64,000 nucleotides of DNA. It comes from an uncultured Gemmatimonadaceae bacterium (lineage in GTDB: Bacteria > Gemmatimonadota > Gemmatimonadetes > Gemmatimonadales > Gemmatimonadaceae). Numbering within the stretch: the stretch's first letter is position 1; every line of letters begins with the position of its first letter. Under the pieces are notes generated by a model. The model saw nothing but the letters and a program-made list of their open reading frames with translations, searched no databases and was not told the origin of the DNA. The stretch lies in NCBI GenBank assembly GCA_963740355.1, contig CAVUDW010000003.1, positions 1,280,001 to 1,344,000 on the forward strand. Direction: 5' to 3'. The position numbers and the translations under genes are program-made. Shown here one piece after another: positions 19,103-30,570 of the stretch.

Positions 19103-21490
19103 ATGCTTTTGCGTCCGTACTCCATCGCCGCCACGCTGTTCTTGACGGCTGCCCTGCCACTGGCGGCGCAAACACCAGCAGCCTCGCCGGCAACCGGCGT
19201 CCGCTACGATCGTGCGGAACAGCTGCTTTCGTGGAACAGCACGCGGCTCGTCACGGGCGACGAAGTCCAGGCGCAGTGGATGAAAGACGGCGCGCGCTTC
19301 TGGTACCGCAACAAGGTCCGGCAGGGCGCTGAGTTCGTGCTCGTCGATCCAGTGCGCGGCGCGCGCGACCTCCTGTTCGACAACGCGAAACTTGCCGCCG
19401 CCATCAGCACGGCCGCTGACACGAGCATCGACCCGACCAAGCTGCCGTTCCGCACCTTCAAGTTTGCGAAGGATGGCGACGACGAGCGCAACATCGAGTT
19501 CCGCTTCGGCAAGCGCCGCCTGACCTGCGACATCGCGTCGTACCGCTGCATCGCCGCCGACACGCTGCCCAGTGACGTGCCGTTCGTGCTCAGCCCGGAC
19601 CGGAAGTGGGAAGCGTATGTCCGTGGCTACGACGTGTACGTTCGTCCGCGCGGCGCAGCCGCCGACTCGGTGCGCCTCACCACCGACGGCGTAGCCAACT
19701 GGAGCTACGGCCTGGGCGACCCGTCGCCGCAGGATCGTTTGCAGACGACACCTCGTCCGCGCCGACCGCAGATCAAGTGGGCGCCTGATTCGAGGCACCT
19801 GATCGTGAGCCGACAGGATACCCGCGGCGTGGCCACGATGCCGTACATCAGCTACACCACGCAGCGTCCTCGCGCATTCACGCAGCCGTACGCCCTGCCT
19901 GGCGACAGCGTGATCCCGAAGCCTGGTTTTCACATCCTCGATCGCGAAGCGAAGACGAACGTCCGCGTGCAACTCGATCCTGCGCCGGCGCAGGCGTCGT
20001 GGAACCTCTCGGCACGTGACTCGGTGTGGAACACCACCAGCTCACGCGTCTACCTGACCACGATGTCGCGCGCCTCGAAGGTTGCGACGCTGCTGGAAGT
20101 CGATGCCACCAGTGGCGCGATTCGTCGCCTCGCCGCCGACTCCGCCAAGACCTTCGTCGAGACGGGCAACCCTGTCGACCCGACACCGACGTATGTGACG
20201 CAGGACGGCGAGTCGATCGTCTGGTCGGAGCGCGATGGCTGGGGTCACCTGTACCGCAATGGTGCCGACGGCCAGCTGAAGAATCGCATCACCGAAGGCC
20301 CGTGGCAGGTTGGCACGATCGTGGCCGTGGACGAGAAGCTGAAGAAGATCTGGTTCACCGGTCGTGGTCGCGAGACGGATGCATTCCTCTACTACGCCCA
20401 GCTGTACTCGGTGAATTTCGACGGCACCGGCATGACCCGCCTGTCCACTGAGGACGGCGATCATCGCGTGCAGGTGAGCCCGAACAATCGCTGGATCGTC
20501 GACAGCTACTCACGGGTCGAGTCGCCGCCGGTGACGGTGCTGCGCGATGCGTTGACGGGGCGCGTGGTGAAGAAGCTCGAGACGGCCGACGCCTCGCAGC
20601 TGGCCGCACTCGGCTTCAAGGGTGCGCGCGTCTTCACCGCCAAGGCACGCGATGGCGTGACGGACCTCTACGGCGTGATGTACCTGCCGTCGAATCTCGA
20701 CTCGACCCGCAAGTATCCGATCATCTCGAACATCTACCCGGGCCCGCAGGTCGGCTCGGTGGGTGGCTGGAACTACAAGGCGGCGGGTGAGCCGGCCGCC
20801 ATCGCGGAGCTGGGCTTCATCGTGGTGCAGATCGACCACCTCGGCACGCCGCTGCGCAGCAAGGCCTTCCACGACAACTACTACGGCAACTTCGGCGACA
20901 ACGGCCTGCCCGATCACATCGCCGTGATCAAGCAGCTCGCCAGTCGCTTCGGCTTCATCGACATCGAGAAGGTCGGCATCTTCGGCCACTCGGGCGGCGG
21001 CTTCGCCAGCACCGACGCCATGCTGCGGTATCCGGACTTCTTCAAGGTGGCGGTGAGCGGCGCGGGCAACCACGACAACCGCAGCTACAACATCTACTGG
21101 GCGGAGAAGTATCAGGGCTTGCTGCGTCGCGATACCACGCGCCGCACCGACAACTTCGCCACCGAAGCGAACGCCTCACTTGCCACGAACCTGAAGGGCC
21201 ACCTGCTGCTGATGCACGGCGACATGGACGACAACGTGCACCCGGCGATGACGATTCAGCTGGTGGATGCGTTGATCAAGGCCAACCGGTCGTTCGATCT
21301 CGTGATCGCGCCGAACCGTCCGCACTCGCTCAACGAGCCGTACTTCATTCGGCGGCGTTGGGACTATTTCGTGGAGCACCTGCTTGGCGCCGTCCCGCCG
21401 AACAACTACCTGATCGTGCGACCCACGGACGCCGGTGGCGGCGATGGGCAGACGCCAGACGAGGACGACGGCGAGATTCCGCCGTATTGA
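19103..21490 (+). CDS. S9 family peptidase (dipeptidyl peptidase IV-like)
   Basis: Signal peptide; YPGPQ, GIFGHSGGG nucleophile, HGDMDDNVH, NRPHS. Confidence 0.92.
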   Translation: MLLRPYSIAATLFLTAALPLAAQTPAASPATGVRYDRAEQLLSWNSTRLVTGDEVQAQWMKDGARFWYRNKVRQGAEFVLVDPVRGARDLLFDNAKLAAAISTAADTSIDPTKLPFRTFKFAKDGDDERNIEFRFGKRRLTCDIASYRCIAADTLPSDVPFVLSPDRKWEAYVRGYDVYVRPRGAAADSVRLTTDGVANWSYGLGDPSPQDRLQTTPRPRRPQIKWAPDSRHLIVSRQDTRGVATMPYISYTTQRPRAFTQPYALPGDSVIPKPGFHILDREAKTNVRVQLDPAPAQASWNLSARDSVWNTTSSRVYLTTMSRASKVATLLEVDATSGAIRRLAADSAKTFVETGNPVDPTPTYVTQDGESIVWSERDGWGHLYRNGADGQLKNRITEGPWQVGTIVAVDEKLKKIWFTGRGRETDAFLYYAQLYSVNFDGTGMTRLSTEDGDHRVQVSPNNRWIVDSYSRVESPPVTVLRDALTGRVVKKLETADASQLAALGFKGARVFTAKARDGVTDLYGVMYLPSNLDSTRKYPIISNIYPGPQVGSVGGWNYKAAGEPAAIAELGFIVVQIDHLGTPLRSKAFHDNYYGNFGDNGLPDHIAVIKQLASRFGFIDIEKVGIFGHSGGGFASTDAMLRYPDFFKVAVSGAGNHDNRSYNIYWAEKYQGLLRRDTTRRTDNFATEANASLATNLKGHLLLMHGDMDDNVHPAMTIQLVDALIKANRSFDLVIAPNRPHSLNEPYFIRRRWDYFVEHLLGAVPPNNYLIVRPTDAGGGDGQTPDEDDGEIPPY

Positions 21491-21762
21491 TATCCTGATC
21501 GTATCGAACGGCCGGCGTCGCCCTCTTGGTGACACCGGCCGTTCTGTCTCAGGCGCGTCGCCAGCTCGTGACACATCCGTGTCGCACCAGATCCACCTGA
21601 TGAGAGCGTCATAATGTTTGCACGACGACGACTCTGCATATTGGGATATTCTGAACCAACTGTTCGTCCCGGTGCCCTTCACCCGATCGCTGCGTTGCAC
21701 TCCACGCCGCCCCTCGCGCCAACCACCATACGCCCCATCTGGCACGGCATGATCGGCGGTAC

Positions 21763-23499
21763 GTGCCGATGATGCTGGCCCTGCCTGACTGGTGGGCCCT
21801 GGCTGTCGCTGCGATCGCGCTGATCGCAGTGCTGGCGAGTGGTGTGCTGGTCGCCGTCCGCCGGCGCAACCAGACGCTGCTCGATCGGGCCCGAACGGCG
21901 GAAGCGACGGCCAACCGCGTCCGCTCCAGTGAGGAGCGTTTTCGGCGCCTGTTCGATCGTGGCGCCGACCCGCAATTGCTGTCGGATGGACAACGCATCG
22001 TGGCAGCCAATCCGGCGGCGATGGCGCTGCTGGCTGATGGCCACGGTGACATGCTGATCGGCATCAGTACCTCGCTCGTCGCCAACGAAACGGCCGCGGC
22101 GCTGGAAGAGGACGATGTGTCGTACGAAACCGATGTGTCGACGGTGCAAGGCAACGCGGTGCCAGTCGCCCTCCGTCGCACCCGCATTCCGCTCGAATCC
22201 GGCATGTTGGTGCACTACCAGTTGCGCGACCTGCGCGACACCAAGCGACTGGAAGCGGAACGTCGCGAGCTGGAGAACCAGCTGCTCGCCAGCCAGCGTC
22301 TCGAAGCCCTCGGCACACTGGCCGGCGGCGTGGCGCACGATTTCAACAACCTGCTGACGGTGATTCGCGCCAACGCCGAGATCGCGCAGGTGGCGATGGC
22401 GGAGCACGACGCGGAAGGGGTGGAGGAATCGTTGACCGCCGTGTTGCAGGCGAGTGATCGCGCACGGGACATCGTGAAGCAGATCCTGCTCTTCTCGCGA
22501 CGCTCGGTCCCGATGCATGCACGGATCAACCTCGCGGCACTGATCACCGATGCGCAGACGTTGCTGCGAGCCACGATTCCGACCACCGTGCAGTTGATGG
22601 TCGAGGTCCGGACGGCCGATGCATGGATCAACGGCGATGCGACGCAGATGCAGCAACTGCTGCTCAACCTCTGCAGCAATGCCGAACACGCCATGCGCAG
22701 CACCGACGGCGGCATGTTGCGCGTGCGGGTGGACACGGTGAGCCTGCCCGACCCGCAGCATGCGGCCCATCATCCGCACCTGCCGTCGGGTTCGTACGTT
22801 CGGCTCACCGTGCTCGACACCGGCGCCGGCATGAGCGACGATGTGCGGCAGCGGATCTTCGAGCCGTTCTTCACCACCAAGCCAATCGGTGAAGGCACCG
22901 GACTTGGCCTGGCCGTGCTGCATGGCATCGTGATGTCGCATCACGGCTCGGTGCACGTGGACTCGGCTGCCGGGCGCGGCACACAATTCGAGCTGCTGTT
23001 CGGGCTGGTCGCGCCACCGGTCGAAGGGGCGAACGTGATGTTCTCGACGCCGCTCTACACGACGGCCATCGGCACACCGCGCGATCGGCTGGCGGTGACG
23101 AATGACGCGCCGTTGATCCTGCTGGTGGATGACGAACCTGGGATCCTGCGTGCGGCGGAGCGTGGGATCGTGGCCGCCGGCATGCGGGTGATCACGGCCA
23201 ACAGCGCCAGCGCGGCCCTCGACCTGCTGGATGACTACGACGACATCGCGCTCCTGATCACCGACCAGACGATGCCGCACATGACCGGGCTGTCCCTCGC
23301 CGACCATGTCCGCACCCTGCGGCCCACCCTGCCGATCATCCTCAGCACCGGCTACACCGGCCGCGTGACGCCGGAGCAGCTGCGCGACGCCCGCATCGCC
23401 TCGATGCTCGACAAGCCGTACACGCTGACCCAGCTCACGGACACGATTCAGGACACCCTGCGCGCCTCGCGGCGCCAGCGCGTCACCCAGCGGGCCTGA
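21763..23499 (+). CDS. membrane PAS hybrid histidine kinase/response regulator
   Basis: [21 protein letters not shown], receiver (LVDDE, DQTMP). Confidence 0.92.
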   Translation: MPMMLALPDWWALAVAAIALIAVLASGVLVAVRRRNQTLLDRARTAEATANRVRSSEERFRRLFDRGADPQLLSDGQRIVAANPAAMALLADGHGDMLIGISTSLVANETAAALEEDDVSYETDVSTVQGNAVPVALRRTRIPLESGMLVHYQLRDLRDTKRLEAERRELENQLLASQRLEALGTLAGGVAHDFNNLLTVIRANAEIAQVAMAEHDAEGVEESLTAVLQASDRARDIVKQILLFSRRSVPMHARINLAALITDAQTLLRATIPTTVQLMVEVRTADAWINGDATQMQQLLLNLCSNAEHAMRSTDGGMLRVRVDTVSLPDPQHAAHHPHLPSGSYVRLTVLDTGAGMSDDVRQRIFEPFFTTKPIGEGTGLGLAVLHGIVMSHHGSVHVDSAAGRGTQFELLFGLVAPPVEGANVMFSTPLYTTAIGTPRDRLAVTNDAPLILLVDDEPGILRAAERGIVAAGMRVITANSASAALDLLDDYDDIALLITDQTMPHMTGLSLADHVRTLRPTLPIILSTGYTGRVTPEQLRDARIASMLDKPYTLTQLTDTIQDTLRASRRQRVTQRA

Positions 23500-23571
23500 T
23501 CCGGACTATCTTCCGAGGTCTGGGCGGCGCGGTGCCGCCGGAGACCCAAGAATCCTCAGTCCCGACTCCCC

Positions 23572-25023
23572 TTGCCTGTCCCCACGTTCGCATCCCTGTC
23601 GCTTGACGCGGCCCTCATGCAAGCCGTCAAGGAATTGGGGTTCGCGCGGCCGACGCCCATCCAGACCGACTCCATCCCGCCAGCGCGTGACGGCCGGGAC
23701 GTACTCGCCTGCGCGCAGACCGGCAGCGGCAAGACGGCGGCGTTCCTGCTGCCGATCCTGCACCGGATGCTGGCAGGCAAGCGGGGCACGACCCGGGCGC
23801 TGATCGTGGTGCCGACGCGTGAACTGGCGCTGCAGGTGCTGGAGACGGCGCAGGCGCTGTCGGTGCACACGCCACTGACCAGCGCTGCGATCTACGGCGG
23901 CGTGGGCATGGGCCCGCAAGAGCATGCGTTCCGCACCAAGGTGGACCTGATGGTCGCCACGCCGGGCCGCTTGCTGGATCATCTCTCCAAGCCCTACGCG
24001 TCGCTGGCCGGTGTGCAGCACCTGGTGCTCGACGAAGCGGATCGTATGCTCGACATGGGCTTCCTGCCCGACATCAAGCGCATCCTGTCGCAGCTGCCGG
24101 CGAAGAAGCAGGTGCTGTTGTTCAGCGCGACGATGCCGAGTGCGATCGTCCAGCTGTCGCGCGAGCTGCAGAAGGACGCGGCACAGATCAACCTCGAGCG
24201 TAAATCCGCGCCCGCCAGCGGCATCACGCAGGCGCTCTACCCTGTGTCGCAGGACCTGAAGCCGGCCCTGTTCGTGAAGCTGCTGGAACGCGGTGACATG
24301 CAGGAGGCGCTGGTCTTCACTCGCACCAAGCATCGCGCCAACCGCCTGTTCGAGTTGCTCGAGAAGCACGGCGTGAAGGCCGCGCGCATTCATGGCAATC
24401 GTTCGCAAGCGGCGCGCGTCGCGGCCCTCGACGGATTCAAGAACGGCAGCATTCGTGTGCTGGTCGCGACCGATGTCGCGGCGCGCGGCATCGATGTCGC
24501 GGACCTCGGCCATGTGGTGAACTTCGACGTGCCGGCCCAGCCCGAGGACTACATCCACCGCGTCGGTCGCACCGGCCGCGCTGAGCAGACGGGCGACGCG
24601 TTCACCTTCGTGGCGCCGGAAGAAGAAGCCGATGTGCGCGCGATCGAAAAGGCCGTTGGCCGTCGGTTGCCGCGAGTGACGTTGCCGGACTTCGACTACA
24701 GCGCTCGCACCGCGCAGCAGTTCGAGGTGCCGATTGCCGAACGCATCAAGGAAATCCGCGCACGGAAGGCGGCCGATCGCCAGCGCGCGGCCGAGAAGGC
24801 GGCCCGCAAGGCTGGGCAGCCGGCACCGGCGGCGCGTGGAAGCAGCGGTGGATCGTCGTCAGGCGCATCGCGTCGGCCTGCGGCACCGGCTCGTCCGGCC
24901 GCGGATGGCGGCGGTGCGCGACCGGCAGCCGATGGTGGCGCGCCAGCCCGTCGGCGTCGCCGCGGGGGCAGTGGTGGCAGCGGCGGTGGTCGCTCAGGTA
25001 GCGGATCGCCCTACCGCGAGTAG
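23572..25023 (+). CDS. DEAD-box RNA helicase (RhlE-like)
   Basis: PTPIQ, AQTGSGKT, PTRELA, DEAD, SAT, HRVGRTGRA; basic Gly/Arg-rich tail. Confidence 0.95.
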   Translation: MPVPTFASLSLDAALMQAVKELGFARPTPIQTDSIPPARDGRDVLACAQTGSGKTAAFLLPILHRMLAGKRGTTRALIVVPTRELALQVLETAQALSVHTPLTSAAIYGGVGMGPQEHAFRTKVDLMVATPGRLLDHLSKPYASLAGVQHLVLDEADRMLDMGFLPDIKRILSQLPAKKQVLLFSATMPSAIVQLSRELQKDAAQINLERKSAPASGITQALYPVSQDLKPALFVKLLERGDMQEALVFTRTKHRANRLFELLEKHGVKAARIHGNRSQAARVAALDGFKNGSIRVLVATDVAARGIDVADLGHVVNFDVPAQPEDYIHRVGRTGRAEQTGDAFTFVAPEEEADVRAIEKAVGRRLPRVTLPDFDYSARTAQQFEVPIAERIKEIRARKAADRQRAAEKAARKAGQPAPAARGSSGGSSSGASRRPAAPARPAADGGGARPAADGGAPARRRRRGGSGGSGGGRSGSGSPYRE

Positions 25024-25140
25024 TTCTCCAGCGCACGGTACCACGAAACGGGGGCGGCGACAGTCGATACTGTCCCGCCCCCGATCGCGTCACACCGTCG
25101 ACGCCGGCCGTGCATCGTGCTCCGGCGTCGACAGCCAGGA

Positions 25141-26358
25141 CTATGGCTTGAGCAGCGTTGCCAGCTTCACCAGTGAGTCGGGCGCGAGCGCGCCGCGCAG
25201 TTCATAGTCCAGGCCACGATCGCGCCACCGTACGCTGCTGCGGCCATTGGCCGTCGTGACGACGAATTCCGATGCGGTGTCCTCGGCGTTCGATCGCTTC
25301 TGGGCCGTGAACGATTGCGCGATCGATAGTTCCAGCGCGACGCCCGACGCTGACACATACCGACGCCGCGTCATCGCAGGCACCGACGTTTCTTCGATCG
25401 CGGTATACCCCGCCAGCGGAATGGCTTTCGGTGCGGTCGGCTTGGCAGCACCGCCAGCTCCACTGACCGTTGCACCCGCGAGCGCACTCGCCTCGCGTGC
25501 GCGTTCGTCGGCGGTCTGGCGTCCGGTTTGTTGATTCGCCTGCGCCGGTGCGGCCTGGGGAGCGGCCGGCGCCTGCATCACGCGCACGCCAGCCGGTGCG
25601 CGGTCCTGCGCGCGCGCCTGCGTTTGCGCTTGTGCTTCGGCCATCACGGCCCGCCGTTCACTCGATGCACCCACGCTGTCGAGCATCTGCCCCTGAGCTG
25701 GAGCCACCGCCTTTCGCGCCGCGGACTGCGGCACGATCGCGACCGTCGGCAATGGCGGTGCCATCACCGGCGCGGGAGCTGCCAGACCTGCGGCGTCGCT
25801 ACGATCGGCGCTGGTCGTTTCCGATTCCGCGCGTGGACCACTGCGTGGCTTGACGCGAACCGATGGTGCCGCCGCAGCCACGAACGAATCCGGATGCGCC
25901 TCCACCACACTCGGCATGACACGCGGAACCGCCGACTTCGCCTCCGAACGTGCCGCGGACGGCACCGGCACTTCGAGCGCAGCGCCATCGCCACGCTTGC
26001 CGATTTCATAACTCAGCCCGGCCACCAACAGCAGGCTCGCAGCCAGCGCCACTCGACGCATCGTGAACGTCTGGCGCCGAATGGGTGTGACGGTACCCGG
26101 TGCGATATCTGGCGACGGAGCAACACTCGGCGAGATGGACGGCGCCGCGGGAGCCGCCGGCAAAATCCGCACTGCGCTGCGATCCTCATCCAGCGCGCCG
26201 AGCAGGGTCATCACCTGCCGCGACATGGCCGTGGCTTCTGCGAAGCGACGCGCGCAATCACCGCACGTGGCAAGGTGCGCCTCGACGGATCGGCGTTCCT
26301 CGGCATCGAGCTCGTTGTCGACCAGCGCGTGCAGCGTGCCTTCATCCACGTGCGACAT
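25141..26358 (-). CDS. zinc-finger (zf-HC2) anti-sigma factor
   Basis: HLATCGDC (HxxxCxxC), central TM (LAASLLLVAG); overlaps the ECF sigma gene. Confidence 0.85.
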   Translation of the reverse strand: MSHVDEGTLHALVDNELDAEERRSVEAHLATCGDCARRFAEATAMSRQVMTLLGALDEDRSAVRILPAAPAAPSISPSVAPSPDIAPGTVTPIRRQTFTMRRVALAASLLLVAGLSYEIGKRGDGAALEVPVPSAARSEAKSAVPRVMPSVVEAHPDSFVAAAAPSVRVKPRSGPRAESETTSADRSDAAGLAAPAPVMAPPLPTVAIVPQSAARKAVAPAQGQMLDSVGASSERRAVMAEAQAQTQARAQDRAPAGVRVMQAPAAPQAAPAQANQQTGRQTADERAREASALAGATVSGAGGAAKPTAPKAIPLAGYTAIEETSVPAMTRRRYVSASGVALELSIAQSFTAQKRSNAEDTASEFVVTTANGRSSVRWRDRGLDYELRGALAPDSLVKLATLLKP

Positions 26359-26848
26359 GTGAACCTCCTTCACCCTGCGTATACACCTCGAGCATCCGCT
26401 TCCGCGCCCGCGCGAGTGTGGTTCCAATGGCACCGCGCGACAGCCCGGTTGCCTCTGCGATTTCGTCGTAGTCGAAGCCCTCGGCCTGCAACAGCAGCAC
26501 ATCCCGATCACGTTCTGAGAGTTGCGCGAGGGCGGCGCGAACACGCAGCCTGGTCTCCTCGCGTTCGTACGCCTCGTCCGGCTGTTCGTACGGTGCGACA
26601 TGGTCTTCATCCTTCACCAACACCAAACGTCGCTCGCGTGTGGCGGCGTTGCGGCCTTCCTCGCGCAGGAGGTTGAGTGCCACGGCAAAGAGCCATGGCC
26701 GCGGATTGGTGGGTGGTGCGGCCACCGCGCGCGCAAACGTCTCCTGTGCCAACTCCTCCGCGCGACCACGGTCGCCCGTGCGGCGCGTCAGCATCCGCAC
26801 GAGCGACTCGTGGTACTCCCGGAACAGTGCGCCGAGATCAAGTCCCAT
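26342..26848 (-). CDS. ECF RNA polymerase sigma-70 factor
   Basis: AEELAQETF, WLFAVALN, LSERDRDVLLL, YDEIA..GTTLARAR. Confidence 0.92.
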   Translation of the reverse strand: MGLDLGALFREYHESLVRMLTRRTGDRGRAEELAQETFARAVAAPPTNPRPWLFAVALNLLREEGRNAATRERRLVLVKDEDHVAPYEQPDEAYEREETRLRVRAALAQLSERDRDVLLLQAEGFDYDEIAEATGLSRGAIGTTLARARKRMLEVYTQGEGGSHVARG

Positions 26849-26862
26849 GATCAGTGCGGCCC

Positions 26863-29121
26863 TCAGGCGCCGCGGAAGTCTTTCGCCAACTGCGCCACGT
26901 CACTGGCTGCCAGAACCTGCTGCCCTGCACGCTGGATCCGGATGCTCACGCGACGACCGGCGATCAGCACGTCATCACCAAGCGTCGCCGCATCGCGCAG
27001 CTCCGGCAGCGCCTTCAGGAGGGCAAAGTACGCCGTCGAGAAGGCCTCCACACTCACGATACGCTGCGCCTGCTGGCTGAGGTCCTTCCACTGCGTTCCC
27101 TGCTGCTCGAACCGACGGCTGCCAATCACCCGCTGGCGCAGGCCACCACTCGACATGTTCCCGCCCACCATCGAGTCCACCGAGCGATCCTGCGCCCGAT
27201 TGCTCGCCTGCCTCGCTCCTGAGACACTCACGGCGCCGAGCATGTCGGCACTGGTCTGGGCGGCTTCGAACGCCGCCTTGCCCGTCTGGGCCTTCGCGGC
27301 CGGAGCCGAGGCGGGCGCCGGTGCACTGCGCCGCGCTTCATCGCGCCGATCACCAACCACACCGCCGCCTGACGCGACCACCGGCTCCTGCACCAGGTAG
27401 GCCGTGTACTCCGTCACGATGCCGTGCCGCAGCGCCAGCGCCTTGATCTCCTCGATCCGCTCCGGCGTCGTGCCTTCGAGGCGCATCGTGCGAGTGAGTG
27501 CGCCAATCCGTCGCGCCGCCCAGAGCGTGCTCACATACTCGTGATCATTCTCGTGGGCTGCGAAGTCGACCGAGGTCGCAACGCGCACGGTCCGACCATC
27601 CCGTGTTCCCTCGATCACCAGTGGGCCACTGCCACTCCCCTGGTAGCGGCCCAGCACCACCAGTTCCTGGCCGGCGAACAGGTCCGGCATCCGCACCGGC
27701 TCGAGCGACACGATGCGTGCCGGCGACGACACCACGTGCAGATCGACCAGTGCCGGCGCGCGCAGCTTTCGTGCGAGGTTGCCGACGGTCTGTTCGACAT
27801 TGCCGTTCGGCGGCACGAAGTCCGCGGCACCGCGTCCATCCTGCGCCATGCGTTCGAGCAGGAAGGTGTTCACATCGGTACCGATGCCAACCGTGAAGAC
27901 GCGCATTCCCGACGCATCCTGTGATGCCATCGCCGCCAGGTTTTCGGGTCGTGTTTCACCCACGCTTGGGACACCATCGGTGAGGAACACCAGCACATCG
28001 AGATTGCTGTCACGCGACCGATTCCGATCGCGTCGCAACGCTTCGCGCAATGCCCCTTCGATGTTCGTTCCTCCCTCCGCCACCAGCGCCGTCGTCCAGT
28101 TGCGCGCACTCTCGAGCGCTGCGGCATCGGCAACGGAGTAACCGTCGCGGAACGAGTGCACACCCGACGAAAACGAGATGAGGCGGAATCGATCGCGGGA
28201 TGACAGCGTGCCGAGCACCTGCAGCATGGCGGCCTTCGCCTGTTCGAGCTTGGGACCACTCATCGAACCCGAGACATCCACCACCATCGTCAGGTCGCGG
28301 CCCATGCGTTGGGCGTCGGTCATCTCCGGCGGCGTGACGTAGAGCAGGAAGTAGCCATCCTCGCCGCCCGGCGCATGCGTCACCACACTCAGGCCTGCAT
28401 CGGTGCTGCGCAGCGGCAGGAACAGTTCGACATCGCCGCGTGAGGCGTCGGTCACAGTCACCGTCCGATCATCATCGCCGCTGACCTGCACCGTATGTGT
28501 TGGCGAGAAGGGGCGACCGAAACGCGACGGTTCACGCAGTGTCACACGAATGTCGGGGCGCGCACCGTTGCGCTCCTCAGGACCGAGTGCATAGCGCCAG
28601 CGCAGTGCATCCCCTTCCTTGTCGAGGATCTGCGTGAAGCGAAGCACCACCTTGCGCGTTTCACCAGGTTGAATCGGGAATACCTGCGCGCGCAGCAGCT
28701 GATGTCCCGCCAGTGTGACGAGCGCCGGATCACGACGGCGGCGCACGATCTCTTCATAGATGCCGCGGGCCTTGGTGGCATCCATCAATTCGCCGCGCAT
28801 CTCCGTCTCACCCATCCACAGCGACAGCGACTGAAACACCGCCTCGCCGGCCAGGGGATAGTGGTAGGTGCCTTCTGCCATGCCGCCACCATTGTTGCGG
28901 AACTGTTCCTCTACCTCGATGCGTGCCACGCGGCCTTCGATCGTGGCGCGGATGCTGGTCGACACGCGCGTGACATTCCATTGCATGGGGCGTGGCATGT
29001 CCGGTCGTGTGACGACTGGGCCGGGCCGGGGTTCGATCCACCCCTGTGCATTGCCGAGCGTCGGGGCGAGAACTGCGGCGGCGAGCGCCAGCGTGCGGTG
29101 GAGCCAATCGAGTCGTGACAT
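26863..29121 (-). CDS. secreted VIT + VWA domain protein (inter-alpha-trypsin inhibitor-like)
   Basis: Signal peptide; VIT (EEQFRN, FPIQPGETR); MIDAS DVSGSM, GGTNI, FLTDG. Confidence 0.88.
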   Translation of the reverse strand: MSRLDWLHRTLALAAAVLAPTLGNAQGWIEPRPGPVVTRPDMPRPMQWNVTRVSTSIRATIEGRVARIEVEEQFRNNGGGMAEGTYHYPLAGEAVFQSLSLWMGETEMRGELMDATKARGIYEEIVRRRRDPALVTLAGHQLLRAQVFPIQPGETRKVVLRFTQILDKEGDALRWRYALGPEERNGARPDIRVTLREPSRFGRPFSPTHTVQVSGDDDRTVTVTDASRGDVELFLPLRSTDAGLSVVTHAPGGEDGYFLLYVTPPEMTDAQRMGRDLTMVVDVSGSMSGPKLEQAKAAMLQVLGTLSSRDRFRLISFSSGVHSFRDGYSVADAAALESARNWTTALVAEGGTNIEGALREALRRDRNRSRDSNLDVLVFLTDGVPSVGETRPENLAAMASQDASGMRVFTVGIGTDVNTFLLERMAQDGRGAADFVPPNGNVEQTVGNLARKLRAPALVDLHVVSSPARIVSLEPVRMPDLFAGQELVVLGRYQGSGSGPLVIEGTRDGRTVRVATSVDFAAHENDHEYVSTLWAARRIGALTRTMRLEGTTPERIEEIKALALRHGIVTEYTAYLVQEPVVASGGGVVGDRRDEARRSAPAPASAPAAKAQTGKAAFEAAQTSADMLGAVSVSGARQASNRAQDRSVDSMVGGNMSSGGLRQRVIGSRRFEQQGTQWKDLSQQAQRIVSVEAFSTAYFALLKALPELRDAATLGDDVLIAGRRVSIRIQRAGQQVLAASDVAQLAKDFRGA

Positions 29122-29292
29122 GCGGTGCCTCGGGTGTTGGGTCTGCAGGGAGATGCCCGACCCCTGAACCCATGCACACGTGCCCGCTCACGCACGCAAA
29201 ACGGGCCACTGCATTGCTGCCGTGGCCCGTTGCGTTGCGCGATATCTGGATGCCAGCAGGCGCGGCCTGCTCGATTGAGCTGGCCGTTCAGC

Positions 29293-30570
29293 TCAGAATG
29301 GTCGAGGGGCGGCCGTTCGGGTCGCCGTCGCACGCGCGCTGCGTCCCAATTCAGACGTCGCACTGCGCTGTGAATTGACCTGCAACGCATTCTCCGATGC
29401 ACCCGTCGACACGTTCACATCCGGCAGCGTGACCGCGACCGGCACCTGCGGTGCTGCGGCTGAAGGAGCGGCGTCCGTTGGCTGCGCCTTGCCGTCGCTC
29501 CGCTTGGCGGGGCGATCGACATACACGATGCGGGTCTGGACCTGTGGGGCTGCAGGCGCGACCGAAACCGGCGCCGGTGCGGCAGCCGTGCGGGCCGCAG
29601 CCGCTGCTTCGACCTGCTTCGCCGCCGCAGCCGCAGCAGCTGTTGCCGCCTGCGCCACGGATGACTGGAAGTACTTGTATCCGCCGAAAGCCAGCACTGC
29701 CACGAGCACGGCACCACCGACCATCACACCCATCATCGCCGACTTCGGCTTCCGGCCGACGGTGGTCTCTGCAATCGAAAAGTCGGAGAGCGGCTGTGAC
29801 GCCGAGTTAGGCACCGCTTGCGACACGTATTCGCGATCTGACGACGGCGTGACGGCGGCGACGTTCGTCGGCGACCGATACGAGGTGATGCGCGACGGCG
29901 TGGACGAGAAGGTGACGACCAACTCCGGCTGCGCTTCGACGGTACGGGACGGCGAGACCGATGCCATCCGTGCCATGAACGACGGTCGCTCCGGCGCGGT
30001 GGCCGATGCCGATGGTGTGGCGGTCGGGCGCACGATCGACACACCATCCGGCGGTGTCGGCGTGAAGATCGATGGTTCGATCAGCGGCGCAGGCGGTTCG
30101 ACGATCGCAGCCACGATCGGGGTCACTGCAGCCACCGGCTCTACCGGCGACACCTTCGGCTGCTCGGCCTCGGCGCGCAGTTTTGCGATCGCGTCGACGA
30201 GGCTGGCCGAGACGGGCACCTGCGTGCGCGATGACGACGGGAATTCGATGTCGAGCGCCGGCGCACTCTCGTGTGGTGCGCGCGGTGCTGGCGGCTTTGG
30301 TGCTGCGGGAGCGATCGGCGCGTCGATGCCGTACACGGGGGCGCCAGCGGTAGCGCCACCGATGGTGATGGACGCACCAGCGCCGCTCGAGACGAGACCT
30401 GACCGCGCCTCGGCCTCGGCCGTCTTTGGCGACGAACTGCCCAGCATCAGCGCGACGTAGTGACGCGAACAGTCAGCGCAGCTACCGAGATGGTCGTCGA
30501 TCTCGCGACGGCGGTGCGCGTCGAGGCGCCCCGCCACAAGAGCCTTGAGTTCGAACAGTTCGGGGTGCAC
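29293..30570 (-). CDS. zf-HC2-like N-terminus, Pro/Ala/Ser-rich linker and single TM; unknown function
   Basis: VHPELFELKALVAG..DHLGSCADC; TM VMVGGAVLVAVLAFGGY. Confidence 0.65.
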   Translation of the reverse strand: MHPELFELKALVAGRLDAHRRREIDDHLGSCADCSRHYVALMLGSSSPKTAEAEARSGLVSSGAGASITIGGATAGAPVYGIDAPIAPAAPKPPAPRAPHESAPALDIEFPSSSRTQVPVSASLVDAIAKLRAEAEQPKVSPVEPVAAVTPIVAAIVEPPAPLIEPSIFTPTPPDGVSIVRPTATPSASATAPERPSFMARMASVSPSRTVEAQPELVVTFSSTPSRITSYRSPTNVAAVTPSSDREYVSQAVPNSASQPLSDFSIAETTVGRKPKSAMMGVMVGGAVLVAVLAFGGYKYFQSSVAQAATAAAAAAAKQVEAAAAARTAAAPAPVSVAPAAPQVQTRIVYVDRPAKRSDGKAQPTDAAPSAAAPQVPVAVTLPDVNVSTGASENALQVNSQRSATSELGRSARATATRTAAPRPF

